From assembly GCA_041946805.1 (NCBI GenBank), contig JBHGBC010000122.1, positions 1-18,404 of the forward strand: a stretch of DNA of 18,404 nt, given 5' to 3'. Shown here in pieces: positions 1 to 7,808 of the stretch (positions within the stretch are counted from its first letter, which is position 1; each line of letters opens with the position of its first letter). Origin of the DNA: a bacterium (lineage in GTDB: Bacteria > Hinthialibacterota > Hinthialibacteria > Hinthialibacterales > Hinthialibacteraceae). The notes under the pieces are model-generated. The model was not told the origin of the DNA, did no database searches, and worked only from the letters and a program-made list of their open reading frames with translations. The position numbers were made by a program, and so were the translations under genes.

Positions 1-83
1 AGAGCCACCTGAAATCCCCTCTCCCTCTGGGAGAGGGACAGGGTGAGGGAAAGCCTTTCCCCGGCGGATATTCAGCCCCCGCC
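1..83 (+). repeat. Partial copy of the 210-bp MITE-like repeat (internal hairpin module only)
   Basis: AGAGCCACCTGAAATCCCCTCTCCCTCTGGGAGAGGGACAGGGTGAGGGAA (1-51) aligns with 7647-7697 and, over the hairpin core, with 14647-14686. It is followed by the GGCGGA..CCGCC hairpin at 63-83. The left TIR would lie outside the window, and no right TIR is seen before the convergent gene stop at 94. Confidence 0.8.
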
Positions 84-93
84 TCTCAATCCA

Positions 94-1290
94 TCACGGC
101 TTGGCCGGTGGCTCTCCCAGCGTCTGGAGCCAGGCGGCCACCTCTTTCGCCAGGTCTTCCGGCAACGCGAAGGTGGTCATCGCCCCCATCGGCGATTCCC
201 GGATCTTCAATTCGATGGCCTTCGCCGCGGAGGGCTCCTTCAGCCATTCCACTAATACTGCCTCGCTGAAATGCGCGGCGTTTTCGAGCGGTCCGCCGAT
301 CCCCCCGTCCGGCGCGCCCTCGCCCTTGAGAGTGTGGCAAGCCAAGCAGGTCTTCTCGGTAAGTACCGTTTCCACCCGCTCCCAGCCCGGGCCGAGTTTG
401 GATGGCGGCTGCATGGGGAACAAGGATTTCAGCGCCTCCATCACCAAGGTCACTTGCTCTTCGGACAGCCGCAGCCCCGCCATTTCGCCCAGAGGAGATT
501 CCCGGATGCCCAGCCGTTTCGCGCTGTCAGCGGAGGGATCGAGCAGAAAGGCGCGCAGGGTGTCCTCCTTGCGGCTGGCCACCGATTCCAAGCCCTCGCC
601 CGGATGGGAAAATCCCACGCCGCCGATCGTGTGGCAGGAAAGGCAGCCCAGGGCGTCAATCCGCGCCCGGGCGTCCAGGGCCGCCAGATCCAACGGCCGG
701 CCCGCCATCACGCACGATACCGGGACGAGGATCCCCAACAGGGGAAACACCCCGGCGATGAGAGTCACCGGGATTTCGAACACCTTTAAATAAGGTTGAA
801 ACTTCAGGTACACCAGCACACAAAAGACCGCGCCGCCCACCATCAACGCAAACCAGGCCAGATTGTCCGCGAGTTCCCGGTCGATTCCCGGGGGAATGGG
901 GACGTAATGCGGCGTGGGATGCAGATACACGACATACCACGACAGGGCAAACGCGATGGCGCCGAGGAAGATCCCTTTCGCCTTGTCCTGCAGCGACAGC
1001 GCCCCCAGGGCCAGGCCGCTGCCGGCGATCAGCCCCAGGCTGCCTAGCGCCCAGAAGGTGGAAACATCTCCCGACATCAACCGCGCCCAAAACAGAGTAT
1101 CGTTCGCCCGGAAATCGGCCTGGGCGGCCCACATGGCCCCCAGCGTGATAGAGCCCAGCAAGGGAATCAGGACGAGCGCCCCCTGCCGGACCGGCTTTTT
1201 GCCGCTCCTCAACGCCCATAGAACGAGCGCGCCGGCTGCCGAAAAAAGAATAGCCCCCGTGAGGGCTATCCCATACAGTATATTGTTCAT
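94..1290 (-). CDS. Membrane-anchored di-heme c-type cytochrome (about 6 N-terminal TM helices plus two tandem class I cytochrome c domains)
   Basis: 398 aa with two CxxCH motifs (CLSCH at 631-645, CLACH at 334-348). Each is followed by a similar segment ending IRESP(L/M)GxM, a likely axial Met. The N-terminal half is hydrophobic, and a GGAGG RBS lies upstream of the ATG. Confidence 0.85.
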   Translation of the reverse strand: MNNILYGIALTGAILFSAAGALVLWALRSGKKPVRQGALVLIPLLGSITLGAMWAAQADFRANDTLFWARLMSGDVSTFWALGSLGLIAGSGLALGALSLQDKAKGIFLGAIAFALSWYVVYLHPTPHYVPIPPGIDRELADNLAWFALMVGGAVFCVLVYLKFQPYLKVFEIPVTLIAGVFPLLGILVPVSCVMAGRPLDLAALDARARIDALGCLSCHTIGGVGFSHPGEGLESVASRKEDTLRAFLLDPSADSAKRLGIRESPLGEMAGLRLSEEQVTLVMEALKSLFPMQPPSKLGPGWERVETVLTEKTCLACHTLKGEGAPDGGIGGPLENAAHFSEAVLVEWLKEPSAAKAIELKIRESPMGAMTTFALPEDLAKEVAAWLQTLGEPPAKP

Positions 1291-1338
1291 ACCAAACCAG
1301 CCTCCGCGGATAGAAACCAGGCCGACACGTCTTATACC

Positions 1339-2379
1339 TTATTCCGGAAGTTTGGGTTCTTCCACGACCGGATATTCACCCGTCAGCGATTTCAGAAACG
1401 CCACCAACTGCAGGATTTCCTTCTCCGTGGTCTTCTGCGCTTTCAACGCCTGGAACAAGGGATGCAGGTTGGGATTGTCCTTCCCACCGCCCGCCATGAA
1501 CTTCACCGCCTCTTCCAAGGTTTCCGCGCTTCCGTCATGGAAATACGGGCCGGTTTGTTCCACTCCACGCAACGAAGGAACGCGGAACGCGCCCTTGTCC
1601 GACTCCAGTTTCGTTACCACCATGCGGCCCAGGTCGGGTTCTTTCTTGTCCGTCCCGACGCCCGCGTTGTAGAAGCCCCAGTTGGAGAACACGGGGGGCG
1701 TATGGCACGTGGAGCACAACTTCTGGTTGAAGAGCTCCCAGCCCTTCTGGGCGTCTTCGCTGATCGCCTTGGCGTCGCCCGCCTGGAACTTGTCGAAGGG
1801 TGAATGACCTTCCAGCAACGTCCGCTCGAACGCCGCGATGGCCTTGGTGATGTTATCCTTGGTGGGACCTTCGCCGAACACGGCCATGAAGCGCTTCTGG
1901 TATTCGGGAATGCCACCCAGTTCTTTCGTGACGGCGTTCATGTCATGGGCCATTTCGATGGGATTTTCCACCGGGCCGCCCGCCTGCTCCTCCAGCGATT
2001 TCGCCCGGCCGTCCCAGAACAAGGAGGTGGCATACTGCGAATTGATCACCGGATTGGCGTTGCGGTTGCCCTTTTGGCCCTTGTGTCCGGTCGAAACCTC
2101 TTCCTCTTCGGCGTAGCCGTGTTTCGGGAGATGGCACGTGGCGCAGGAAATATCCTTGTCCTTGCTGAGCCGCTTTTCGAAGAAAAGCATCTTGCCCAGC
2201 TCCACCTTCTCCACGGTCATCGGATTGTCCGCGGGGATCGGCACCGGCGGCAATCCCAGAGGGGATTTGATTTCCAGGGGCGTTCCCGGTTGCGCCGCCG
2301 CGCCGGCCAGGTGCAGGGCGGACAAAACCACCATCCCGGCCCCCGCGATCAACAGAAGGGAAAGGAGTGCTCTCTTCAT
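1339..2379 (-). CDS. Periplasmic di-heme cytochrome c peroxidase (bCcP/MauG family)
   Basis: Signal peptide MKRALLSLLL..., LGKMLFFEKRLS, CATCH (2131-2145), LFWDGRA, GPVENPIEM, CSTCH (1702-1716), FRVPSLR, TGPYFHDG and EEAVKFM (Met-ligand position of canonical bCcP). Start set at ATG 2379 because GGAGG lies 8 nt upstream; the ORF-track start at 2388 falls inside the RBS region. Confidence 0.93.
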   Translation of the reverse strand: MKRALLSLLLIAGAGMVVLSALHLAGAAAQPGTPLEIKSPLGLPPVPIPADNPMTVEKVELGKMLFFEKRLSKDKDISCATCHLPKHGYAEEEEVSTGHKGQKGNRNANPVINSQYATSLFWDGRAKSLEEQAGGPVENPIEMAHDMNAVTKELGGIPEYQKRFMAVFGEGPTKDNITKAIAAFERTLLEGHSPFDKFQAGDAKAISEDAQKGWELFNQKLCSTCHTPPVFSNWGFYNAGVGTDKKEPDLGRMVVTKLESDKGAFRVPSLRGVEQTGPYFHDGSAETLEEAVKFMAGGGKDNPNLHPLFQALKAQKTTEKEILQLVAFLKSLTGEYPVVEEPKLPE

Positions 2380-2408
2380 GAATACCACCTCCCGCGAATG
2401 GTTAGAGT

Positions 2409-2427
2409 TATGGATATTCTATCCATA
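2409..2427. promoter_or_regulatory. Candidate transcription-factor operator upstream of the peroxidase gene
   Basis: Perfect 8-3-8 inverted repeat TATGGATA-TTC-TATCCATA in an AT-rich intergenic stretch, 30 nt upstream of the peroxidase ATG. Confidence 0.5.
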
Positions 2428-2551
2428 TTGGTTTTTTTTTTGAGGGAGACTCCTGTCTTTGGAGTGATTTTCACCCGGGAGAAACAGCGGATCATCGAAA
2501 GGCGGTCAATGGGTTGATTTTCACGTTCCCGCGCATGCCGGAGGGTTCGGC

Positions 2552-4342
2552 TTAACTCTTGGCGATGATCAAGCCCTTCAGCCAAGTGAACAGATCCATG
2601 CGGCTGAGATCGTTGAAGATCAGGTAGATGAAGAGCGGGATGATCAACACGAAACCGATTTTACCAAAAGTCTCCATTTGCTTCATGGTCATGGGCTTCA
2701 TCCGGATCATCTCCACCAGGTAAACCACCGCGTGCCCGCCGTCGAAGGGCGGGAAGGGGAAGAGGTTGAGCAGCGCAAGGTTGACCGATAGCAGGGCGAT
2801 GAAGCTGAAAAAGCGCTCCCATCCCCAGCGGCCGGATTCGCCGGACAGTTGATAGATGGCGATCGGTCCGCCCAGCAGTTTGGGGGAAATGTTGCCGGTG
2901 AAGAGCTTATGCAGGAAATCGAACATGAATCCGCAGACTTCCCCCACTTTCTCAAAGCCATACGTGACCGCGCCGAGAACCCCGATCTGCTTGCGGTCCA
3001 TTTTCATGTCGATGCCCAGTTGGGGCAGCGGATACCGTTTGCCGGTCTTCGCGCCGGTCGGCGTCAGGATGTTTTGCAGCGAAACCCGCGGCGTGATGGA
3101 TGCCTGGTGGATTTGGTTGTCGGGGCCCAGCCAGGTGACTTGAATCGGCTCGGCCTGGTATTCCTCGTTGACCTGCTTGACCGGGACGGAATAGATGGTC
3201 CGTAGCACATCGACCCAGTTGTCGATGGATTTCCCGTTCATCTCGATGATGCGGCTGTCCTCGGTGAGGCCGGATTCGGCCGCCGGGCCGCCCTCCTGCA
3301 CCTTGCCGATCACTGGATTCAGTTTGGGCGCGATGCCCAGGGGGGGGATGGTCGGCGTCAGGTACTCCTCGACCGACATTTCGCCCTGGAAGGTCAACGC
3401 CAGCTGGGTTTTGGGCTGATACGGCTCCGCGTCCGCCGCGGGGAAGATGATGTCCGGGGTGATGGCCAGGGTGTGGGTGGCTCCCTGGGGTTCCTTGTAG
3501 ACCAGGGTGATGGTTTCGGGGCGGTACTCGCCCTCCGGGGTCTTGGTATACCGGGAGGAGATGTAATCCGACCATTGATCCCGGGTTCCGAAGGTTTTTC
3601 CGTCCACGGTCAGGATTTCCACTCCGGACGGCAATCCAGCCCGGGCCGCGGGTCCGCCGGGAAGTATGCTGGAAACGAAGATACCCTCGAACGCCGGGGG
3701 AGGGGTGATCTCTTCGGATTCGTCGATTTGGGTGTAGTTGGGCGGGATCTCTTTTTCCTTGGCCAACACCTGGCCGCCGCGGTCCACGGTCAGGGTGAGC
3801 GTTTCACGGGAAAGATCGGCTTGCAGGTCGGAGATTTCATCCCAGGAGGAGACCGGAACGCCGTTCACGGAGAGGATCCGGTCGTCCTTGCGCAGGCCCA
3901 TTTCCCAACCCATGGACCCCATGGGAACATAGCCGACGGTGGTGGTGGCGTTGTAGGTTTCCCCGAACGCCAGCAACACGAAAACGTAAATCAGGTAGGC
4001 CAGGACGAAATTCATGAACGGCCCGGCCACGACGATCAAGATCCGTTTCCAGGGGGCCAGCTGCAGATATTCGAAGTCCGCCCCGGTCAGTACCTCGTCC
4101 GGATCCATGCCGCGGATTTTGACCAGCCCGCCCAGGGGCAGCAGACGGATGGAATATTCGGTGTCGTGCCAGTCGTACCGGAATATTTTCTTGCCGAAGC
4201 CGACGGCGAATTCATCGACCTTGGCGCCGGAGAGTTTGGCGACGATGAAATGGCCCCATTCGTGGAAAATCACGGCCAGCCCGAGAACGATGGCAAAGTA
4301 AAAAAGGTTGGTGAAGACCGAGGTCAAGGCGTCGAGGGTCAT
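2552..4342 (-). CDS. rseP: RIP zinc metalloprotease RseP (peptidase M50 with PDZ domains)
   Basis: HEWGH zinc motif (4250-4264), FAVGFG, IRLLPLGGLVKI, AGPFMNF, GPIAI and NLFPFPPFDGGH. Three PDZ-like segments in the central region; 596 aa. Confidence 0.93.
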   Translation of the reverse strand: MTLDALTSVFTNLFYFAIVLGLAVIFHEWGHFIVAKLSGAKVDEFAVGFGKKIFRYDWHDTEYSIRLLPLGGLVKIRGMDPDEVLTGADFEYLQLAPWKRILIVVAGPFMNFVLAYLIYVFVLLAFGETYNATTTVGYVPMGSMGWEMGLRKDDRILSVNGVPVSSWDEISDLQADLSRETLTLTVDRGGQVLAKEKEIPPNYTQIDESEEITPPPAFEGIFVSSILPGGPAARAGLPSGVEILTVDGKTFGTRDQWSDYISSRYTKTPEGEYRPETITLVYKEPQGATHTLAITPDIIFPAADAEPYQPKTQLALTFQGEMSVEEYLTPTIPPLGIAPKLNPVIGKVQEGGPAAESGLTEDSRIIEMNGKSIDNWVDVLRTIYSVPVKQVNEEYQAEPIQVTWLGPDNQIHQASITPRVSLQNILTPTGAKTGKRYPLPQLGIDMKMDRKQIGVLGAVTYGFEKVGEVCGFMFDFLHKLFTGNISPKLLGGPIAIYQLSGESGRWGWERFFSFIALLSVNLALLNLFPFPPFDGGHAVVYLVEMIRMKPMTMKQMETFGKIGFVLIIPLFIYLIFNDLSRMDLFTWLKGLIIAKS

Positions 4343-4521
4343 GCTACTTACTCGCCGTTGAGAGAGTTACGGTTGCCAGGAAAATGTTCCCGTTGGCTCT
4401 GTATGCCTGGAGGTAGGTCCATACGCGGCTGACGTGATTCAGTGGCCTGACGAACCAAGAATTATTTTAGATCGAGCAGGGTATCATCGATGCCGTGTGT
4501 CGATTTATGATGAAACCGGAT

Positions 4522-4556
4522 AAAAAAAACAAACGCGCCGCCCATCTACCGCGTTT
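4522..4556 (-). terminator. Possible intrinsic terminator on the minus strand in the divergent rseP/GT-C intergenic region
   Basis: The minus strand reads AAACGCG-N12-CGCGTTT followed by G and a run of 8 T. Confidence 0.3.
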
Positions 4557-4585
4557 CCCCTAAACTGTACTTTTCTGAGAGGGTT

Positions 4586-6190
4586 ATGTCAAGAATCGCA
4601 TTTTTCTCCTTTCCTTCTCCTCTCCCGGAAGGCAAGCCCCCGGCGGCGGGGATTCCCCGGCCGGTGGGATGGATCATCCTGGTTTCCCTTGCCGTTAAAC
4701 TTGGCCTCCTCCACCTCAACGCGGGGGAATACACAGACGGGATCATCCAACTGCGGCTGTGGGACAGCCCAGTGGTGTTTTTCCCTCCCGGATATTCCGC
4801 CGCCGTCTGGGTGGTCCATGTTCTGACCGGCGATTGGCTGCTGGCGGGACGGTTGGTTTCCATCGCCGCCTCGGGAATCACGCTGCTCGTGTTTTACCGC
4901 CTCGCTCTCTTTTTAACCACGAACGAAAATGAAGCCTTGTGGGCAACGCTTTTTCTGGCCCTTTCTCCGATTTTCAACCGCTGGTCCTTGCGCGTGATGA
5001 CCGATTCACTCTTCCTGGCTCTCTTTGTCTGGTGCGCGTACCAATACGTTGTCCTGCGGGCGGATCCCCAACGCTCCCCCTTCCGGCTGCTGGGTTGGAC
5101 CGGCGTGGCCGCCCTGGTGCGCTACCAAGGATTGTTTTTTCTCCCCTTTGCCCTGGTATGGATCTGGAAGCGGAAGGAAACCTGGGAGGAGGCCGGGTCC
5201 GGCCGGCGCGCGGCGGGCATCCTGGGTTCGTTCGTTCCCTGGTTGGCGTTGGGATTGTGGATCGGTCTGCGGGGATTCGGGCATGTGGAGCAATTCGTCG
5301 AACGGGGATCGTTCAGTCCCTGGGTAACGGTCACGCAGTATTTTCTCATGTTCGAGACATTCGTCTTGTACTGGCCCTGGGCGGTGACGTATGGATTGTT
5401 CATCCTGGGCGCCATGGGCTTCGTCTCGCTTGCGAGAACGAAAGGGGCCGGGCCGTGGTTCGTGCGATTTTCCGCGGTCGCCGCTTGCGTGTTTCTAGTG
5501 GCGCAGAGCGCGTTCCTCTCGTTTCAATACCGCTATATGCTGCCCTTGCTGCCGCTTTGGTGCATCGCCGCGGCGCGGGGGTGGACTGTCTGCGGCGGGC
5601 GGATCGAAAATCCCCGCGTCCGGGTTGGGGCGGGAGGGCTGGTGTTGGCCAACCTGGCGCTCATGACGGCGGCCGTGCTGCTTCTCCAGCGGGCCACCTT
5701 CGGCGATCTGGCCGATTCCGCCCGTTTTCTGGCGTCCGCCAAGTTTCAACGCGTGGCCCCGCCGGGGACGCGGGTGTTGTCGGACGAGTTCTACCGCGAG
5801 GGCGTGTATAACGTCAAAATGCGCTTCTGGGCGGGGGAGGAATTCTTGAAGCAGTCCTCGATCGAATGGTATTACGGGACCACGCCCCGCGCGGGGGACG
5901 TGGTGATTTTCCACAACACTTATACCAGCCTGTCCGCCATGGAGACCGAAAAGAAACGGTTGGAAGAGAAATTCGACGTGTCGGTTTTACAAATCTGGAG
6001 AGGGCAAACCTGGGGGGGAGAGTACATGACCATCCCCCTCTTGCCGGACATCATGGTCAATCCCGCGTCGCCGCCGTTGACGAGCAATCCCCAATGCATG
6101 GCCTTTCGTTTCTTCCCGCAATACTATTATTCCGTGGCGTTGTTGCTGAAGGACAAGATTCCCCACGGTGGCGCGGATGGCGGCTCCTGA
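4586..6190 (+). CDS. GT-C fold integral membrane glycosyltransferase (ArnT/PMT_2, GT39/GT83-like)
   Basis: 534 aa polytopic protein. An acidic EYTDG motif follows TM1, then FFPPGYS, AGRLVS, ALSPIF..WS..VMTDSLF, LVRYQG and YRYMLPLLP, a pattern typical of PMT_2/ArnT-like GT-C enzymes. It has a soluble C-terminal domain. Confidence 0.8.
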   Translation: MSRIAFFSFPSPLPEGKPPAAGIPRPVGWIILVSLAVKLGLLHLNAGEYTDGIIQLRLWDSPVVFFPPGYSAAVWVVHVLTGDWLLAGRLVSIAASGITLLVFYRLALFLTTNENEALWATLFLALSPIFNRWSLRVMTDSLFLALFVWCAYQYVVLRADPQRSPFRLLGWTGVAALVRYQGLFFLPFALVWIWKRKETWEEAGSGRRAAGILGSFVPWLALGLWIGLRGFGHVEQFVERGSFSPWVTVTQYFLMFETFVLYWPWAVTYGLFILGAMGFVSLARTKGAGPWFVRFSAVAACVFLVAQSAFLSFQYRYMLPLLPLWCIAAARGWTVCGGRIENPRVRVGAGGLVLANLALMTAAVLLLQRATFGDLADSARFLASAKFQRVAPPGTRVLSDEFYREGVYNVKMRFWAGEEFLKQSSIEWYYGTTPRAGDVVIFHNTYTSLSAMETEKKRLEEKFDVSVLQIWRGQTWGGEYMTIPLLPDIMVNPASPPLTSNPQCMAFRFFPQYYYSVALLLKDKIPHGGADGGS

Positions 6191-6512
6191 TACCTTTAAC
6201 CTGTTCATTTACGGCTCGCTGAGGGATCCCCGTGTCTTTGAAGAGGCGGCTGGCATCCCCTGTCCGGATACAATACCGGCGGTGTTGGAAGGATACGCGC
6301 CGGGGCCCGCCGTGGAGGGATATCCCGCCGTGGTTCCCGAACTGGGCGGCCGCGTGGCGGGCGAGGTGATCCTGGCGCTTCCGGCAACCATCCTGGCCCG
6401 CCTGGACGAATACGAGGGGGAAGGGGAACTCTACCGGCGGGTGAGTATCCGGGTGACCGCCGGGAACCGGGAGATTGACGCGTATGTTTATATCAGAAGG
6501 CCGGAAGAATGA
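6177..6512 (+). CDS. Gamma-glutamylcyclotransferase (GGCT/AIG2-like) family protein
   Basis: LFIYGSLR, YPAVVP, V.GEV, LDEYEG..LYRR and AYVY signature. It overlaps the upstream stop and has an ATGA overlap with the next gene. Alternative GTG start at 6168. Confidence 0.88.
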   Translation: MAAPDTFNLFIYGSLRDPRVFEEAAGIPCPDTIPAVLEGYAPGPAVEGYPAVVPELGGRVAGEVILALPATILARLDEYEGEGELYRRVSIRVTAGNREIDAYVYIRRPEE

Positions 6513-7594
6513 GAATCTGCTACATCGGTGACGGGCAATCCGTTCACAATCATTTCATGATCGAGTGGTTCCGGCGCCAGGGCCACGCGGTGCTGTTTCT
6601 GACCGATACTCCCGGACCGGACTGTGAAACCGGGATCGTGTCTCCCCGGCATGGGGGCGGACCGTTCCGGCATGTGGGCGCGGTGGTCCGGACACGGCGT
6701 TGGATCCGGCGGTGGAAACCGGACATCGTCCATGCCCACAACGTGACCGGCTATGGGTATTGGGGGGCGTTATCGGGCTTCTCACCTTTGGTACTGACCG
6801 CCTGGGGATCGGATCTCAACATCCTGGCGCGGCAACGGCCGGTGGTCCGCCGTTTGGTGGGCTGGTGCCTGCGACGGGCGGACCTGATCACCGCCGACGC
6901 GGCCGCGCTGGGGGAAACCGCCCGGGAACTGGCGGGGGCCGCGGCGGATATCCGAATTCTACAGTGGGGAGTGGAATTGCCCCAGTTCGATGGTGTAGTG
7001 GAAGAGGAATTCCGGCAAAAATACCGGGGCGGGGCGGAGTTGATCATTCTCAGCACCCGCCGCCTGCGTCCGGTATACAACATTGAGGTGATTCTCAAGG
7101 CCTACGCGGGAATCGCGGAGCGCTTTCCCGCCAGCCGGCTGATCGTTGTGGGCGATGATGAATTGGGGCCTGCTTTGCGGGAATACGCGGAAAAATTGGG
7201 GATACAGGACCGGGTGGTGTTCACGGGGTGGCTGGACCGGCCGGATTTGATCCGGATGTTTCTGGTATCCGATGTATATATATCGGTCCCATCCAGCGAC
7301 AGCACGGCGTTGTCCTTGCTGGAGGCGTTCGCGGCCCGGCTGCCGGTGATCGCCGCGGACTTGCCGGCCAACCGGGAGTGGATCCATCCGGGTGAAAATG
7401 GGCTGCTGGTTACCCCCGGGAACGTGGAGGCGCTGGCCCGGGCGCTGGCCGAAGTGGCCGGTAATCCCGCCCAGGCCCGGCGCTGGGGAGAAATCAACCG
7501 GCGTATCGTCGAGGAGCGGGGCAGCCGGGACAAAGAAATGCGCAAACTGGAAGAGTGGTATATCAAATTAATCCAAAATCGATTCATCCGATAA
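6509..7594 (+). CDS. Glycosyltransferase family 4 (GT-B)
   Basis: MRICYIG start, KPDIVHAH, TAWGSD, LIVVGD, VVFTGW and SDSTALSLLEAFAARLPVIAAD (D-X7-E), followed by GENGLLV. Confidence 0.92.
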   Translation: MRICYIGDGQSVHNHFMIEWFRRQGHAVLFLTDTPGPDCETGIVSPRHGGGPFRHVGAVVRTRRWIRRWKPDIVHAHNVTGYGYWGALSGFSPLVLTAWGSDLNILARQRPVVRRLVGWCLRRADLITADAAALGETARELAGAAADIRILQWGVELPQFDGVVEEEFRQKYRGGAELIILSTRRLRPVYNIEVILKAYAGIAERFPASRLIVVGDDELGPALREYAEKLGIQDRVVFTGWLDRPDLIRMFLVSDVYISVPSSDSTALSLLEAFAARLPVIAADLPANREWIHPGENGLLVTPGNVEALARALAEVAGNPAQARRWGEINRRIVEERGSRDKEMRKLEEWYIKLIQNRFIR

Positions 7595-7790
7595 GTGTGT
7601 ACATTTTTCCGAACGCATAGCCGGATATCGATTCGACGGCTGGGAGAGAGCCACCCTGAATTCCCTTTCCTTCTGGGAGAGGGCCAAGGTGAGGGAATTA
7701 TTAAAAGGGGCGGATCTAGGTGTCCCCCCGCATCATGGGGTGCAAGGAAGGCCTTTTTTCACCAGCGGGTATGCACTTGCCGGATGAACC
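7581..7790 (+). mobile_element. 210-bp MITE-like repeat, full copy A
   Basis: Left end GATTCATCCGATAAGTGTGTAC (7581-7602) and right end GTATGCACTTGCCGGATGAACC (7769-7790) are inverted repeats (17/22). Internal CCCTTTCCT-TCT-GGGAGAGGG hairpin at 7663-7683, then GGTGAGGGAATT and a degenerate GGGGCGGA hairpin. Same length as copy B. Confidence 0.8.
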
Positions 7791-7808
7791 GAAAGTAAAG
7801 ATCAGCGG

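Noticed and set aside
1339..2379. Assignment as MauG or methylamine-utilisation protein
   Set aside because: It retains canonical bCcP features (GH..Q.G..NA, NPIEM, Met-ligand EEAVKFM), and no mau genes are nearby.
2506..2519. Possible FNR box upstream of the peroxidase (TCAATGGGTTGAT)
   Set aside because: Only a TTGAT half-site is present; the ATCAA half at the N4 spacing is absent.
4612..4651. CCTTCTCCTCTCCCGGAAGGCAAG at the start of the GT-C gene, reminiscent of the CCCTCTCCC hairpin
   Set aside because: The complementary arm is poor and there are no TIRs or second hairpin, so it cannot be distinguished from chance.
7595..7798. 67-aa ORF, and its VCTxRMNxK similarity to the start of ORF 14733..15035
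   Set aside because: Both are translations of the repeat's right TIR; they are not homologous proteins.
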